Positions 36,842 through 49,970 of a DNA stretch of 64,000 nucleotides are shown here, piece after piece. The notes beneath the pieces were generated by a model. That model had not been told where the DNA came from and ran no database searches. It was given only the letters and a program-made list of their open reading frames with translations. The position numbers and the translations under genes were made by a program. Within the stretch, counting starts at the first letter, position 1. Every line of letters starts with the position of its first letter. This stretch comes from Squalus acanthias. Taxonomy: Eukaryota. The stretch is from NCBI GenBank assembly GCA_030390025.1, contig CM059432.1, positions 30,754,001-30,818,000 on the forward strand, written 5' to 3'.

Positions 36842-38054
36842 TTTGCGTTCTTGGACAGATTTGCGTGCACCTTTGGAAGTTCCTTAGTGAGTTGCAGTAA
36901 ATGGTGAGACAGAACGGTATAACCCACAATGGTGGTGACTATGAAAGGAATGGCTTGGGCATTGTAGGGATGCTTTATGGTATTGGTGCGGGGTTGTGCC
37001 AACCTGGCGCATCATGTGGCGACCAGGGTGTACAGCGTCAAGTGAAGTAAGTCTGGCCATGGCCCGGGCAGCAATGTGGTCGGGTGCTGATGCCCTGTGT
37101 CCTGTGCAGCATCAGTTGATGGTGGAGAAGGTTGGTGTTGTTGGTGCTGCTGCTGGTGTGCCTGGTGCTGCTGGTGTGCCTGGTGATGCTGGTGTTGGAG
37201 CTGATTGTGGGGGGATTCTGAGGACCAAGGTGAGAGAGTATAAAGGGCACTCATGCTGATGGAATAGATGGCAGGTGAAGTAGCGATGACAGAAGCGATC
37301 TGTTAATGGTGAGAGAGGTAATGAGGTCAGACTGGATGGAGACTTGTGTAAAGACTTGCAGCATGGTGAATCTGTTGTGGAAATACAGTGAGGAAGAGTT
37401 TGTGGCTCAGAGAAGATATCTCTGTAAGGTGGGAGCTTTTGCTGTACATTTGAAGCTGTCAACTCAACAGCTGATTCAATGGCAAGTGACCTCCCGCCTC
37501 AGCTTGACAGACGAGGCCTAGGCACAGCGGGACACCGGTCGGTGACCTGTCAAATCCAAAAAGCTGGAAAAAAACCATGGATAAGTGGCTGTAAACAAGT
37601 CACTAATGATTTAGATTGGGTCCCCCGCTGCTGCCTCGGGTCTGCTCAGCGCTGGCAGACCCAACATCGGGAAAGTCCAGTGTGCACATTTTGACAGCGG
37701 GTTCACGGCCCGCTGTCAATCATTTTAAATTTAACAGCTGACCCATCACCCATCCCATCTGCTGAGCGCCGGCAAAATTCCAGCCACCGGGACGATATTG
37801 AGGCAATAGAGAGAGCACAGCACAGATTCACGAGTTTGCTGCCTGGTATGAGGAAATACAAATAAAGATTGTAAACTTGGGTCCATATTTGTTAGAACTG
37901 AGAAGATTAAGGGATTATTTGACAGGTATTTAAAATTATCAAGGGATACGACAGGATAGATAGAAATGGACAGTTTTCTGTGATTGAGGAGTCTGGAATA
38001 AAGGGAATAAATATAACAGATTTAGGACAGAGCAGCCAAAACTGTTTTACACAA

Positions 38055-38485
38055 CAAAAACAACTTGTATTTATATGGCGCCTTTAACATAATAAAACAT
38101 CCCAAGGCGCTTCACAGGAGTATTATAAGACAAAAAAATTGACACTGAGCCACATAAGGAGAAATTAGGGCAGGTGACCAAAAGCTTGGTAAAAAAGCTA
38201 GGTTTTTAAGGGGTGTCTTAAAGGAGGAAAGAGAGGTAGGCAGGCAGAGAGGTTTAGGCAGGGAATTCCAGAGCTTGGGGCTTAGGCAACAGAAGGCACG
38301 GCCACCAACGGTTGAGTGATTATAATCAGGGATGCTCAAGGGGGCAGAATTAGAGGAGCGCAGATATCTCGGGGGGATGTGGGGCTGAAGGAGATTACAG
38401 AGATAGGAAGGGGTGAGGCATGGAGGGATTTGAAAACAGGGATGATAATTTTGAAATTGAGGCATTGCTTAACCAGGAGCCAATA
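38055..38485 (-). mobile_element. L2-clade LINE 3' end
   Basis: YLCNLL..YLRSS..LSIP..TVGGRAF..PKLWNSLP; related plus-strand fragment at ~55510-55780. Confidence 0.75.
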
Positions 38486-38584
38486 TCAATAGGTTAGATA
38501 GCAGGTTGATGGAAAGGTGAATAAAGGGATATAGGAACAAGGTGGCCACATGGGTTTAGGAGTACAATTCATGAGGATATACTC

Positions 38585-38865
38585 CTTTCAGATGAGATGT
38601 TAAACCAAGGCCCCATCTTCCCTCTCAGCTGGACGTAAAGGATCCCACAGCACTATTCAAAGTACAGCAGAGCAGTTCTCCCAGTATCCTGGCCAACATT
38701 TGTCCCTCAACCAATACCTAAAATAAATTATCTGGTCATTTGTTTCATTGCTGTTTGTGGGACCTTGCTGTGTGCAGCTTGGCTGCTGTGTTTCCCACAT
38801 TACAACAGTAACGACTTGGAACTCCCTGAGGTTATGAAAGGCTATTAAATGCAAGTCTTTCTTTT
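38585..38865 (+). mobile_element. Deu-domain SINE fragment
   Basis: Similar to 16360-16705. Confidence 0.65.
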
Positions 38866-39275
38866 TAAACACCAACAGGGAGTGGTTGGGCCAAATAGCT
38901 TATTTCTGTGTTGTAATTTCTGTGTAACTTGTTCAAATCTGGATGTAAAATAATTAAAATACTGTTGATTTTAATTCTACATCATTCGCTAGTTTCATAA
39001 GAAGTTCTCATTTTTATCACCCGCTCAACACATCAAGGGGAATGAGTAAGGAACGTTTGTTAACTGAGGTCATAAAAGATTTACAAAGCTAGCATTCCCT
39101 TCTCGACTGTGTATTAAGTTTATTTGACAGATCGCAAGATAAGTACAGCTGAAGGAGACCATGCAGCCTATTTTAGTTCAACTATTCAGAAAATAATATT
39201 CCTTCTCCGGCCCCATTACTAACTGGATCTTGAATGAATCTAAGGTTTGTGCATTCAGAACCCTAACTGGACAAC

Positions 39276-39775
39276 CTTCTTCTTCCTAGGCAGTCCCTCG
39301 GAACCGAGGATGACTTGCTTCCACACTAAAAATGAGTTCTCAGGTGACTGATGAGTCCAATGCGGGACCTACAGTCTCTGTCACAGGTGGGGCAGACGAT
39401 GGTTAAAGGGGCGGGTGAGTGCGGTGCTTGGGTTGACGTGCGCTCCTTCCGCTGTTTGCGCTTGGCTTCCGCTTGCTCCCGGCGAAGAGACTTGAGGTGT
39501 TCGGCGCCTTCCCGGATGCTTCTCCTCACTTTGTGCGGTCTTGGGCCAGGCATTCCCAGGTGTCGGTGGGGATGTTGCACTTTTTCAAGGAGGCTTTGAG
39601 GGTGTCCTTGAAGCATTTCCTCTGCCCACCTGGGGCTCTCTTGCCATGTTGGAGCTCCGAGCTTGTTTTGGGAGTCTCGTATCGGGCATGCAGACAATGT
39701 GGCCCGTCCATCGGAGCTGATCGAGCGTGGTCAAAGCTTCGATGCTGGGGATGTTGGCCTGAGCGAGAACCACTG
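39276..39775 (-). mobile_element. RTE-clade LINE 3' end
   Basis: QLRWTGHIVCMPDTRLPKQ; terminal CPTCDRDCRSRIGLISHLRTH; (GAA)n tail on the minus strand. Confidence 0.85.
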
Positions 39776-41061
39776 GACAACCATTCCAAGTGTTACTCAC
39801 TCTTTGTGTGAAGACAATTCTACCTGAAATCAGACTTTTTACCAGTTTACCTTGAAGCAGTGCACTGCATTCACTTAAGATAGAAAGGTATACTTACTTC
39901 AGAATTAATCACGGTGATTATAAACTAAAGAAGCCAGAAACTACATGTGACTTGCGCTATAATATTTAGCAAATTGGGGATAAAATTTCTGATGAGTGCT
40001 ATTTTTAGCACATTGATTAATGCAATCATATAAAATGTGCGGTATTTTAACAAAGTTGGTACACCATTTATTTTAAACAGGTTAACCACGATTAAAATAG
40101 CACGCACAGGCATTTCACACAAGCATGTTAGCCAGTGTGCTAAAAGCAGCACTCTGTGGAATTTCAATCCCATGACGGTTCAACCACACAGGGGGCTTGT
40201 TAATAAAATTAAGGTGCATTGTAGTAAAGGTAATGTGACAGCATGGATAGGAACCCTATGGATAGGAATTTGTCTATAGGACAATAAACAGAGAGTAGTT
40301 ATTTGGACTGGAGAGATATGAATTGTGATGAACTGCAAGGGTCAATGTTAGGACCATTTCTCTTTCCAATATGTATAAATGATCTGGAAGAGTATAAGTG
40401 CATGTCAAAACTGGAAAAGCACAGTTATCTATGAAAAGGTTTGTGATCAACTTCAAGATATAGGCTCCAATTTTAACTCCCCCGCCCCAGCCCCGCACCT
40501 CCCCCCACCCCCCGATCATCTAGCAGAAACCGGGCAGGGGAAAGTTAAAATAAGAGCAGCGACATACCCGCTGTAATCCCACTGCCTTCCCGACAGGTCC
40601 CAGTGTTTAGCTGCTCTTCTGAGCAGGCGAGCGGGACACTTGCAGGAAGGCAGCGGGGTCCTTTATATATACAGATCGGGTCCCAATGATGTAATCGGGA
40701 CCTGACTGCAATTTTAGTCAGAGACCTGAATTGGAAGCAGTGACGGCTTCCCCGTCAGGCCAAACATGCCGGGAGGTGAATCATGGGCCAGAAGAGGCAG
40801 AGGCAGGAAAGTTTTATATATTTTTTTTAAGTTTCTTTATTGGCCAGAAGGAGCAGGAGTTTGCCTTCCTCCCCCGATCATGATCACAGGGATACAGATT
40901 TTTTAAAATTCAGTCTTTGGATGTTGACGTCACTGGCAAGGCTAACATTTATTGCCCATCCCTAGTTGCCCTTGAGAAGGTAGTGGTGGGCCTTCTTCTT
41001 GAACCATTGCAGTCGATATAGCGAAGCTGCTCTCAAAATGTTATTAAGTAGGGAGTTCTAG

Positions 41062-41785
41062 GGGGAAAAATTGAGTCGCGCCCCCTTTGGGGTGCTAACT
41101 TCGCCGGGGCGCTAAAAGTAGCGCCCCCACGGTGGAAATTCATCAGTAGTACCCCAATAGGGAAGCAGAGTTCTACTAGAAGCGCCCCGCCTCCCTCTTG
41201 GGGCGCTGTGAGTGAATACCGCGGCGCTACGTGCCACAACACCATGCACTGCGGCACGTCGCATCGCGGTACTACAGGCCTTCCTCACCTTCTTAAAGGG
41301 GAGGGGCCTTGCGCAACACGACCCGGGCCCAGCTGGGTCACCAGGGATCGGAGTGCCAGCAAAAGAGCCCAGCATTCAAGAGAAGTGCCGGGCTCACGGA
41401 GCGCAGCCGACACTCCACGGGGGGGCTTCAGAGGACGCCGGGGACGGCAGAGCGGGCAGGTGTTGGCAGGCGGCCAGCAACAAAAATGGCCTCCCAGCAC
41501 TTTCCCTTTAATTAGCGCTGCCCCGGCCGCAGGTAGGACTCCCTGACCCCGTCGGACATACCAAAGATCGCGGCTGGGGTGCGAGCGGGATGCTGCGCAT
41601 GGCGATGACGTCAGCGGCGGCGGCGCAGCGCCGCGGGGTGCTAACGGTTTCCGCCATCGTTAACCTCCCGCTGAATTTTGCGGGAGGAGTTGGCGGCGCC
41701 GTGCCCGGGCGCAAGTTGCTTTGCGCCCCATTAGCACCCTCTTAGGGCACTAATGGGCGGCGCAAAGCAACCATTTTTTAGGCCC
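41062..41785. mobile_element. Harbinger-type MITE inserted in a LINE 3' fragment (~40905-42000)
   Basis: GGGGAAAAATT...ATTTTTTAGGCCC, (C)TAG duplication; the host repeat is uninterrupted at 46760-47105. Confidence 0.8.
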
Positions 41786-44319
41786 TAGTATTTTGACCTG
41801 GCGACGATGAAAGACTGGCGATATATGTCTAAGTCAAAATGGTGTGTGACGTGGAGTTGAACTTGGAGGTGATGGTGTTCCCATGCAGCTGCTGTCTTTT
41901 TCTCTTTAGCTCTTTAGGTGGTGGAGGTTGCGAATTTTACGAGGTGCTGCCGAAGAAGTCTTGGTGATTTGCTGTAGCGTATCCGGTATAGTATCCAGTA
42001 GATCGTATATATTGCCTCCACTGTGGCGGGAGAGGGTCCTGTAGTGGCCTCTTCCCCCTCCATTTAGCCCCAACATTTACCTGCTGAAGGCCTCGGTCTC
42101 ACCTGGGATATTGATTCTGATCTTTGGTGTACTCATGCGCCTTTAATAACCTTCACCATTACTTCTATTGTGCAGCACCATCGGGATTGTCCTCTTCATA
42201 TGGGCGGGCTCCCTCTTTGTGGTGGGATTCCTGCTGAAGGTCTCCCGTGCATCCATGGAGGACACCTCAGGGTCTTTATTGCCACTTCCGGGGCCTATCA
42301 CCAGTGGTCCGGAGAAGCAGCAGTAACGCAGGTGGACGGAAGTATCTTTGCAGCTGCACCGATCCACTTACCTGGATGGGTGCAACCGTAATAATACTCA
42401 AGAAGCTCGACAACATCCAAGACAAAGCAATTCACTTGATCGGCACCTCATCCACTAGCCTAAACATCCACCATTGGCTTAATCAGCTGCCAGGAATGGG
42501 AGATCTGGGAGTTGTGTAAAAGATTTGTGACCAAATGAAGGCATATTCGTGAAGGCCTTCATTCAGTCACTTACAATTCACATTTGCAAGCTAGGGGAAG
42601 GTCTGATTGAGCGTGCTCTGAAACGTTTTCAAGAACACCTCTGCACACAGTACAACTTCAGTGCAATCAGGTTATTAATAATCCTATATGTCATGTACTG
42701 TGTGAGAGTGCCTACTGTTTCCTTCCAGAGTGCTGCCCTTGGTGACAGTGTGTGATATATGTACTTTGAGACTTATTCTGGTACTTCGCTAAGTGACAAC
42801 TCAGTGACTGGGTGGTTGTGTGTCATTAGAACCTTGGGATTAACATGACCACACCCCCCACCCCCGGAATTTGAACTCTAACCTGTACCAGCTGCAAGCT
42901 CTGGGCTTCCTGACCTTGCACATTTTCTGGCACATGTGCAAGCGCAGTAGGGGTCTGATGGAAGGCTACTCAATTGCTGCTGTCCTGAGAGACTGCACCG
43001 GCATCCATAATCATTCCCGACACACCCCTGTTGCTGGACACTGCCTCATCCTAGCCACTAATCCATGTGAAAGTAGATCTAACAGCAGGATTTAGATCAT
43101 GCATAATAGTTCTCTCTAGCCAATACCAAGCCTGTCGCAGTTGGAAGAGATAACCTCTTCCACCTTGGAACCAAAATCCTCTATTGCAGCAGTCTGAACA
43201 TTTGCAGAAGTTGGACTTACTGGCCTTAGGGTCTCTGCAATGCAGGGCTCCTCTGCAGATGTCCCTGTACTTGCCACATACTCCAGGGTACACTGCAGTG
43301 TTACAAAACCATTGGTAGGACAAGTGCAACTTGCGGATTCCTCCACACAAGTTGCCATCTCTAACATGCAGCATGGCATGGTCCTTAACAACAGCACCAA
43401 CACATGACACTCAGAAAGCATCCTTCTTTTAAAAACAGGTCTTATGAGATCCAGGTCCCCAGGCTCAATAGGTGAGGTGGAATGCAAGATCAGACTCTGG
43501 ACAGCAATATCCTACTCTTCCTTGGCCACCACCACCTGTTCATGCTCACTTGTGTTGTGTGTCTCACCTGAAGCACTCCCTCCTAGCTCGCTGTCTAACT
43601 CTCTTGGGGTGGGTGTATCTGAGCTGGTGCTTGGGAGTGATAGAGTGAGAGACAGCATGTGCTATGAAGTGCTGTCATGCCCAGTGATTGTGTGGTCTGG
43701 CTTAGCTTCTCTGGCACAGCTAAAGAAAGTGTAGAGGAAGAGAGGTTACAATAGTGCCCTTCTTGGATTTCCATGGTAAACTGCTTGAATATATAGTTTG
43801 TTAACAGTGAGCAATTGAAAGATTAGGATGAGGAGGAAGAGCAGGAAAAGGTCTGCCCAAATCCTGAGCTAGGGGGCAGTCCTCCCTCTTCTGCATTGGC
43901 ACCATCCTCTTTGGTCTCCCTTCACAGGATCTGTAGGCTTTCCTGCCCATATAGGATAAGAGGAGAAATATTAGGGTATCTCCAACAGCACGATCTCTGG
44001 CTATGGACTGTCTTCACCTGCAACAAAATTCCAAGATGATATGGGGTGATGCCCGATTGTCAGATTGTAGCTCTTACAGGTGTGACGACACATGGTGTGA
44101 GTGGCTGTGTTAGATGACAGGATTCATTTGGCTAGAATGCAAGTAAGGATGTGAGTGAAGGAATACTTGCTAGGGAAGGATAGTGGTGTAAAGTGCTGCA
44201 TAATAGGCATTACGATAGCCACTGAAATGCTTTAAGGCAACGTGAGAGGGAGGTAATTATAAGTGCCATACGTAATACTGAGCACAGCGTATTAATAAAA
44301 AGGTAATGGCGAGTTCTCC

Positions 44320-44550
44320 TACCTTTGCTGACTGGGTGAGGCCATAAAACTTCATCCCTGAATTACTTTCAGGAGAGCAGTATGGTGCTTAAGGCAGTGA
44401 TGGTTAGAGCCACCTCCTTTCATTCCCCATGAGTAACTCAGTCGGGGATCCTCCAGGAAGCGGGCCATCCTCCTGTGCCTCACCTCTGCCAGGAAAATTT
44501 CAATAGCCTCATCCAAGAGGTTGCCTGCTGAGCTTTTTACAGGCACGTTT
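44320..44550 (-). pseudogene. Very old Harbinger Myb exon-1 remnant
   Basis: AGNLLDEAIEIFLAEVRHRR, followed by KFYGLTQSAK and a GTAGG donor. Confidence 0.4.
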
Positions 44551-44639
44551 GGAAAAAGTGCTGGCTTGCAAGCTAATAAACCATGAATCCCATTCCTTTA
44601 CGCTGTTGCAGGCCTTTAAATCCTGCAGCACCACCACAT

Positions 44640-44890
44640 TTAGGAACATAGGAACAGGAATGGACCATTCAGCCCCTTGAGCCTGTTCAGCCATTCAATG
44701 AGATCATGGCTGATCTGTATATGAACTCTATCCACCTGTCTTGACTCCATAACCCTTATTACCCTTAGCTAGCAAAAATCTATCAATCTCAGAGTTCAAA
44801 TTATTAATTGAGCTAACATCTATTGCTTTTTGTGGGAGAGAGTTCCTCACTTCGACCACCCTTTGTGCGAAGAAGTGTTTCCTAACTTCT
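44640..44890 (-). mobile_element. CR1 3' end
   Basis: aggaacataggaac tail and 3'UTR like those at 29793-29890. Confidence 0.75.
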
Positions 44891-45169
44891 CGCCGACCAG
44901 TTGGTGAGGCATTTGCAACACCGACAGCTCAGCCACATTACGGTCAGGAGGTCAGTGAAGGGTCTGTGCATCAAAGTTAGAGCGGCGACTCCTCCTGTAT
45001 TCCTAGTTCAGCATACGCCTGAGTGGAAATCTATAAAATTATGTAATTAGCAAAAGAGGGTGCAATTGAAGCATATGTTAAGAGTATTAATTGAAGTTGT
45101 CAATATAAAGAAAAAAGAACAAGATTTCCTCACACAGAGCATTAACTGTAGTGCGGAAATATAATTAGA

Positions 45170-45425
45170 AAGAAAGAACCTGCATTTATATAGCACCTTT
45201 CCCAACCTCAGGATATCCCAAAGCGCTTTACAATGAAGTACTTTTGAATGTAGTCACTATTGTAATGCAGGAAACACAGCAACCAATTTGAGCAGAGCAA
45301 GATCCCACAAACAGCAATGTGGTAATGTCCAGATAATCTGTTGTTTAATGATGTTGGTTGAAAGATAAATATTGACCAGGGCACAAAGGAGAACTCCCTG
45401 TTCTTCTTTGAATATTGCCACCCAA
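45170..45425 (-). mobile_element. Deu-domain SINE fragment
   Basis: Reverse complement of the 16360-16705 type. Confidence 0.65.
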
Positions 45426-46759
45426 GAGGGCCAGTTAACATCTTATCTGAAAGACGGATTCATTAAACGCAGTGAAGAGATTACAAATGGTGCTTGGAGC
45501 AGTAGCACTGGGACCCATGAGCCATGTTGCAGGAACCTGACAGAGATGCCAGATAGAATAATGGATTTAGCAGAGAAAATCAATAAATCAGAGCGTTGAT
45601 AAGTTTATCCAGGCAATTGTCTCTGCTCTTTCAATGATGATTCACTGCAAGGGAAAGTAAAATATTCAATTAAGTGGTGAAGGAAACAGCCCCTGGTAAA
45701 AATCTAAAGTTTAGCCAGCAGTCATTATCTCTTGGTAAACAGATTACGATATTTTATTTTCAATTTTCTTCTTCGCCTCCCAGAGTAACTACTTCCAGCA
45801 GCTGTGCACTGCCACAGGCATAATGCTCCACTCCTGGTTTGCGAAGAGTAACTTGAATACAGCTGGGCTAGTGGTTAAGGTGCTATAATTGGTTTAAATC
45901 ACCCCCATGGCCAGTGGGTATGAAGGGAAAAGTCAATGAGGTTTCCTGCTCCTGGTCACCATTCCTGCAGGAGGTTATGGTAAGCATGACCATCAGGTGA
46001 AGAGAAGATTGAGCTCAGCTGCGATGCCTTACATGATCAAATAGCCCAACACGCACTGATTTGACCCACAATGAAGAATTGTCACTTGGTCAGTGTACCA
46101 GAAAGCTACTGTGTAACTTTACTGCTGGCTTTATGTTTAGGTAAAGGTTCTTCTTTGACTAGTGCCCTGGGATCTTTTACCCCTACCTGAGAGGGCAGAA
46201 GTCAGTTTTACGCCTCATCTGATAGATGGCACCTCTAACAGTGCAGTAATCGCTCAGTACTGCACTGGAGTGTCAGCCTAGATTATGTGCTCAATTCTCT
46301 GGTGTAGGACTTGAACCCACAACCTTCTGACTCAGAGACGAGCATACTACCACTGAGCCACACTGAGCAGGTAGGATATCCTTTTCTGATCCCCAGACAG
46401 CTGCTGCTCTCTTTCTCTGTACACTCTTGTTAGTTGACACTTACTACAGGCATTGAACTTTCTCCTTTTGCTCCTCCTAAATTCTAACGAAGCTGTTCTG
46501 CATTCTCCTTCCTCTTTGCATCTTCACTATGTTGAGATTATGACTCATCACACCACCTCCTACCCTAACTAACAAATAGTGGAACTCTTTACCTCTCTGA
46601 ATGCACTAAAGTGAAGCAGAAACAGGTAGTGGTGACCAAGGAGAAGCATATTGGGGGACCAGTAGGCATCCCGCCCTCGCTGTTGAGCCTGTAGATCTGG
46701 ACTTCATGCGGTCTATTTTTAAAAGAAGAATGTTCTCTCAGCAGGAAACATTATTTTTT

Positions 46760-47105
46760 TTATTATTCGTTTATGGGATGTGGGCGTCGCTGGCAAGGCC
46801 AGCATTTATTGCCCATCCCTAGTTACCCTTGAGAAGGTGGTGGTGAGCCGCCTCCTTGAACTACTGCAGTCCATGTGGTGAAGGTACTCCCACAGTGCTG
46901 TTAGGGAGGGAGTTCCAAGATTTTGACCCAGCGACGATGAAGGAGCCGCCGATATACTTCCAAGTCAGGATGGTGTGTGACTTGGAGGGGAACTTGGAGG
47001 TGGTGGTGTTCCCATGCATCTGCTGCCCTTGTCCTTCTAGGTGGAAGAGGTCGCGGGTTTGGGAGGTGCTCCCGAAGAAGCCTTGGCGAGTAGCTGCAGT
47101 GCAAG
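46760..47105 (-). mobile_element. LINE 3'-end fragment
   Basis: Minus-strand frame ..AGSKSWNSLPNSTV.. typical of LINE ORF2 C-termini; second copy at ~40905-42000. Confidence 0.6.
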
Positions 47106-47578
47106 CATGAGGCACCGTGCCAGGCAGTGTGCAGCAGATGGCAGGTTTTCAGTGGGCAATTCTGTTCAACTTCAGCAGACTTGGACATTGGTTAGAGAAT
47201 CATACGATAGGGCTTCAATGAACTCACAGGTGCCATTAAGTCGGTCATGAAGCCATAGTAGCCAAGATGAGGCAGTTCCCAATACCAGTGGCAGGATGGT
47301 GCTTTCTTTCAGGATGCCAACACATCCCGTCTCTCTTGGCTGTGCATGTGCCAGAAAGCTGACAGGATGCCCACCCAACAGAAGAAGTGAGACAATCAGT
47401 AGCGGTCCACCTCAAAACTCAGTTGTTGGGAAATGAGGGTCACTGCAATCCCAAGAGCTCTTGCACATTCAGCAGCCAGCCACCTTTCTTACTTTTGCCA
47501 CTAAGGCAGCACTTAAATGAAGCCCCAGACTATGGTTAAGACCACATACATTACACACTATCACCAAGTGGAAACAAT

Positions 47579-48336
47579 GGGCCAGAAATTCGGCTCCCTG
47601 GCTTCCCGCGGGTGCAAGGATCGCGCGCGCACCTACCTACCGCGCCTGCCGTTGACCCCTGGGCCCGCGAGGAATTCGGGTCCTGGGCCTCCTCCAACTG
47701 CCGGCGCGCAGGGCTTGCGTATCCCAGGGGCGCAGTTAGTGCGATGCGTCCCCTGGGATCACGTGGGCCATGGAGAGCCAATGGCAGCAGACCATCTTTC
47801 ATTCATAGATTTGACAGAAAGACCTGTCAAATCTATGAATACAGATCGGCCTCAAAACATCCCTAAAACTACAAATAATTTTTTTTTAAATCACATTTTT
47901 AAAATAACTGTATATTAATTAACTATTTCAAACAAAAATTTACATTTTTGAAAAAATTAATTACACTTTTTAACGGGGTTAAAACTAAACTTACCTTTCT
48001 TTAAAGTAATTAAAAAAGATAAATCTGTGAAAAAAATGTTTAAATTTTAATAAAATCAACACTTACCTTGTTAAAAGAAGGCCTTGCGCCTCCTTTTTCA
48101 ATGTGTATCTTCTCCGTATTTACCCTCACGGAGGAACCTGTAAAAAAACCCGAAGTGCGAGGCGAACGCGCTGGCCCTCCGGCGTGCGCGTTCGACCTCT
48201 GAACCCCTTCCTTCAGGGGAACGGAAGTGCCGGTTTCCTGCGCATGCGCAGTGCATGCAAGAAACCGGCACTTTCGTTCCGTCCACGGGTGAGTACATAG
48301 TGCGTACTCACCCGTGGCGAGCCTAATTTCTGCCCC
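47579..48336. mobile_element. Harbinger-type MITE with internal palindrome
   Basis: GGGCCAGAAATT...AATTTCTGCCCC, AAT duplication. Confidence 0.8.
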
Positions 48337-49970
48337 AATATGGTTGCAAACACTCACACGTGACATGGTTGTACATTAAAAGAATCTGGTAACACTAATT
48401 TGTGTACATAGTGTTGTTGGTAAAGTTTGCTTACAGTTCTTATAATTGGTAGATATTTGAACTTCAGGGGAAATGTAATGCATTGTAGCTGAAGGCATAT
48501 TTGGTGAGAGAATGGGGAAAAGGGCTGGACAGGGCAGTGTCCACATTTGCAAGTTAAGAGGTGGCCAATATGGGAGCTTCTGAAATGGCTTTCATTGCCA
48601 GCATTGGGTATTGCTCTACACCCACTTTGGACTCCTCTCTTTAGCAAAGTTGTGCAGCTACATCAACAATTTTTGAAACTTTTGCTGAACTGTATTGGAA
48701 AAAGCCAAAAATCCTAACCAAGGAACCTCAAGTGCTAATTCAATATTCAGTCTGCTTGATGCTCACTATGGTGATTGGCGGTGCATCATTGTACCTGTGC
48801 TCTGCTGGTGTCCTAGAATACTAAACAAGTGTCAGAATATAGCTTTAATGCCAGGAGCCAACCTGCCACTTGCCTTTGTGGATTGGCTAATGGGAGGGAG
48901 ACAGTTGACCGCCTTAAATTAATAGCATCGTGACAGCTGTCTGCGAAATGAGCATTGACTTGTATAATCTGGTGCTGATGGTTGAAAACAAGCTATACAC
49001 TTAGAGTGTGGAATCCTTTCCCCTTTATGTAAGTAGTGTTATTGTGTAATGGAACCATAGGGTCACATTGGTACAATCTATAACCACTGGACTTTCAGGA
49101 ATCTTATCAATCTTTAAAATTTCCAGTGTCAGCTAAATTTATTCCCGACTCCAATTGGGGGATCATCACTGGAGGGGTGGGTGTTGAGAAATGGTCGGCT
49201 GCTGCAAGATTTATGGAGCCAGACATCAGAAGGAGAATTTTATTTCTCTCTGACAAGCAGGATTACCAGTTGTGAAATGTTGGAGAATTTGGACACAGGA
49301 CAAAGAGCCCCCAAATTTTTAGAGGCATCAATAGATCTGCTGCTGGCCCAGATTTAGATGAGCAGAAAGGTCCTGTTTGCAAAATAGGACAGAAGTCTCA
49401 CATTGAGAATTGCCCAGGCATAACTAAAAGCAAAGGACCTGGCAATAAATGGCAGCTCTACAACTCCCTGCATGGCTTCTCTGGGTGCTGCAAGAAGTTG
49501 AATGACCATAAAAAGTCATTTAGAGGAATCAGCCGCACGTTCCAAGAATGCACTTTACTTACAACCACCTTCCCTTTATTGTGTTGAAGTGCTTCAAGAG
49601 CTTACCATTAATGTTCATGAGGTTCGGTGGAGTTCTTTACACCAACAGTCTTCACCTGCAAGTGTTCCCTTATTCACAGCCTTACGTTCATAGACACCAC
49701 GAAAAGCCTCAAATGGAATGTAATTGCTTGTTTCAAGTACCTATCATCAGCCCCATGACTGTCCACCTGCTACAGTCTGGGTTTCATTGTATCTTATTCT
49801 GACTCTTGGCATTCTTAAAGGAGAAGCCAACCCACAACAGCAGAAATAAATTAATTAGAAGTGTTGGTCCACCCAATCTCTGGTCTCTCACCTTTTATGA
49901 GGAGGAAGATTTGGAGCTCCTAAGGGGCAAATAGAAGTGTGAATCAGAGACAGGAAAGTTGAAGAGAAGG

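Larger units (their letters stand above)
34592..37785. mobile_element. Degenerate Harbinger with Myb remnant (34870-35100) and two nested MITEs
   Basis: RVAPRFSHDSL..AWLHIAEEI..RTWVQCRKCFNDL; TIR-like GGCTGCAATTTT / AAAATTCCAGCC. Confidence 0.65.

Noticed and set aside
37110..37210. His/Gln-rich short ORFs
   Set aside because: Low-complexity repeat inside a degenerate Harbinger
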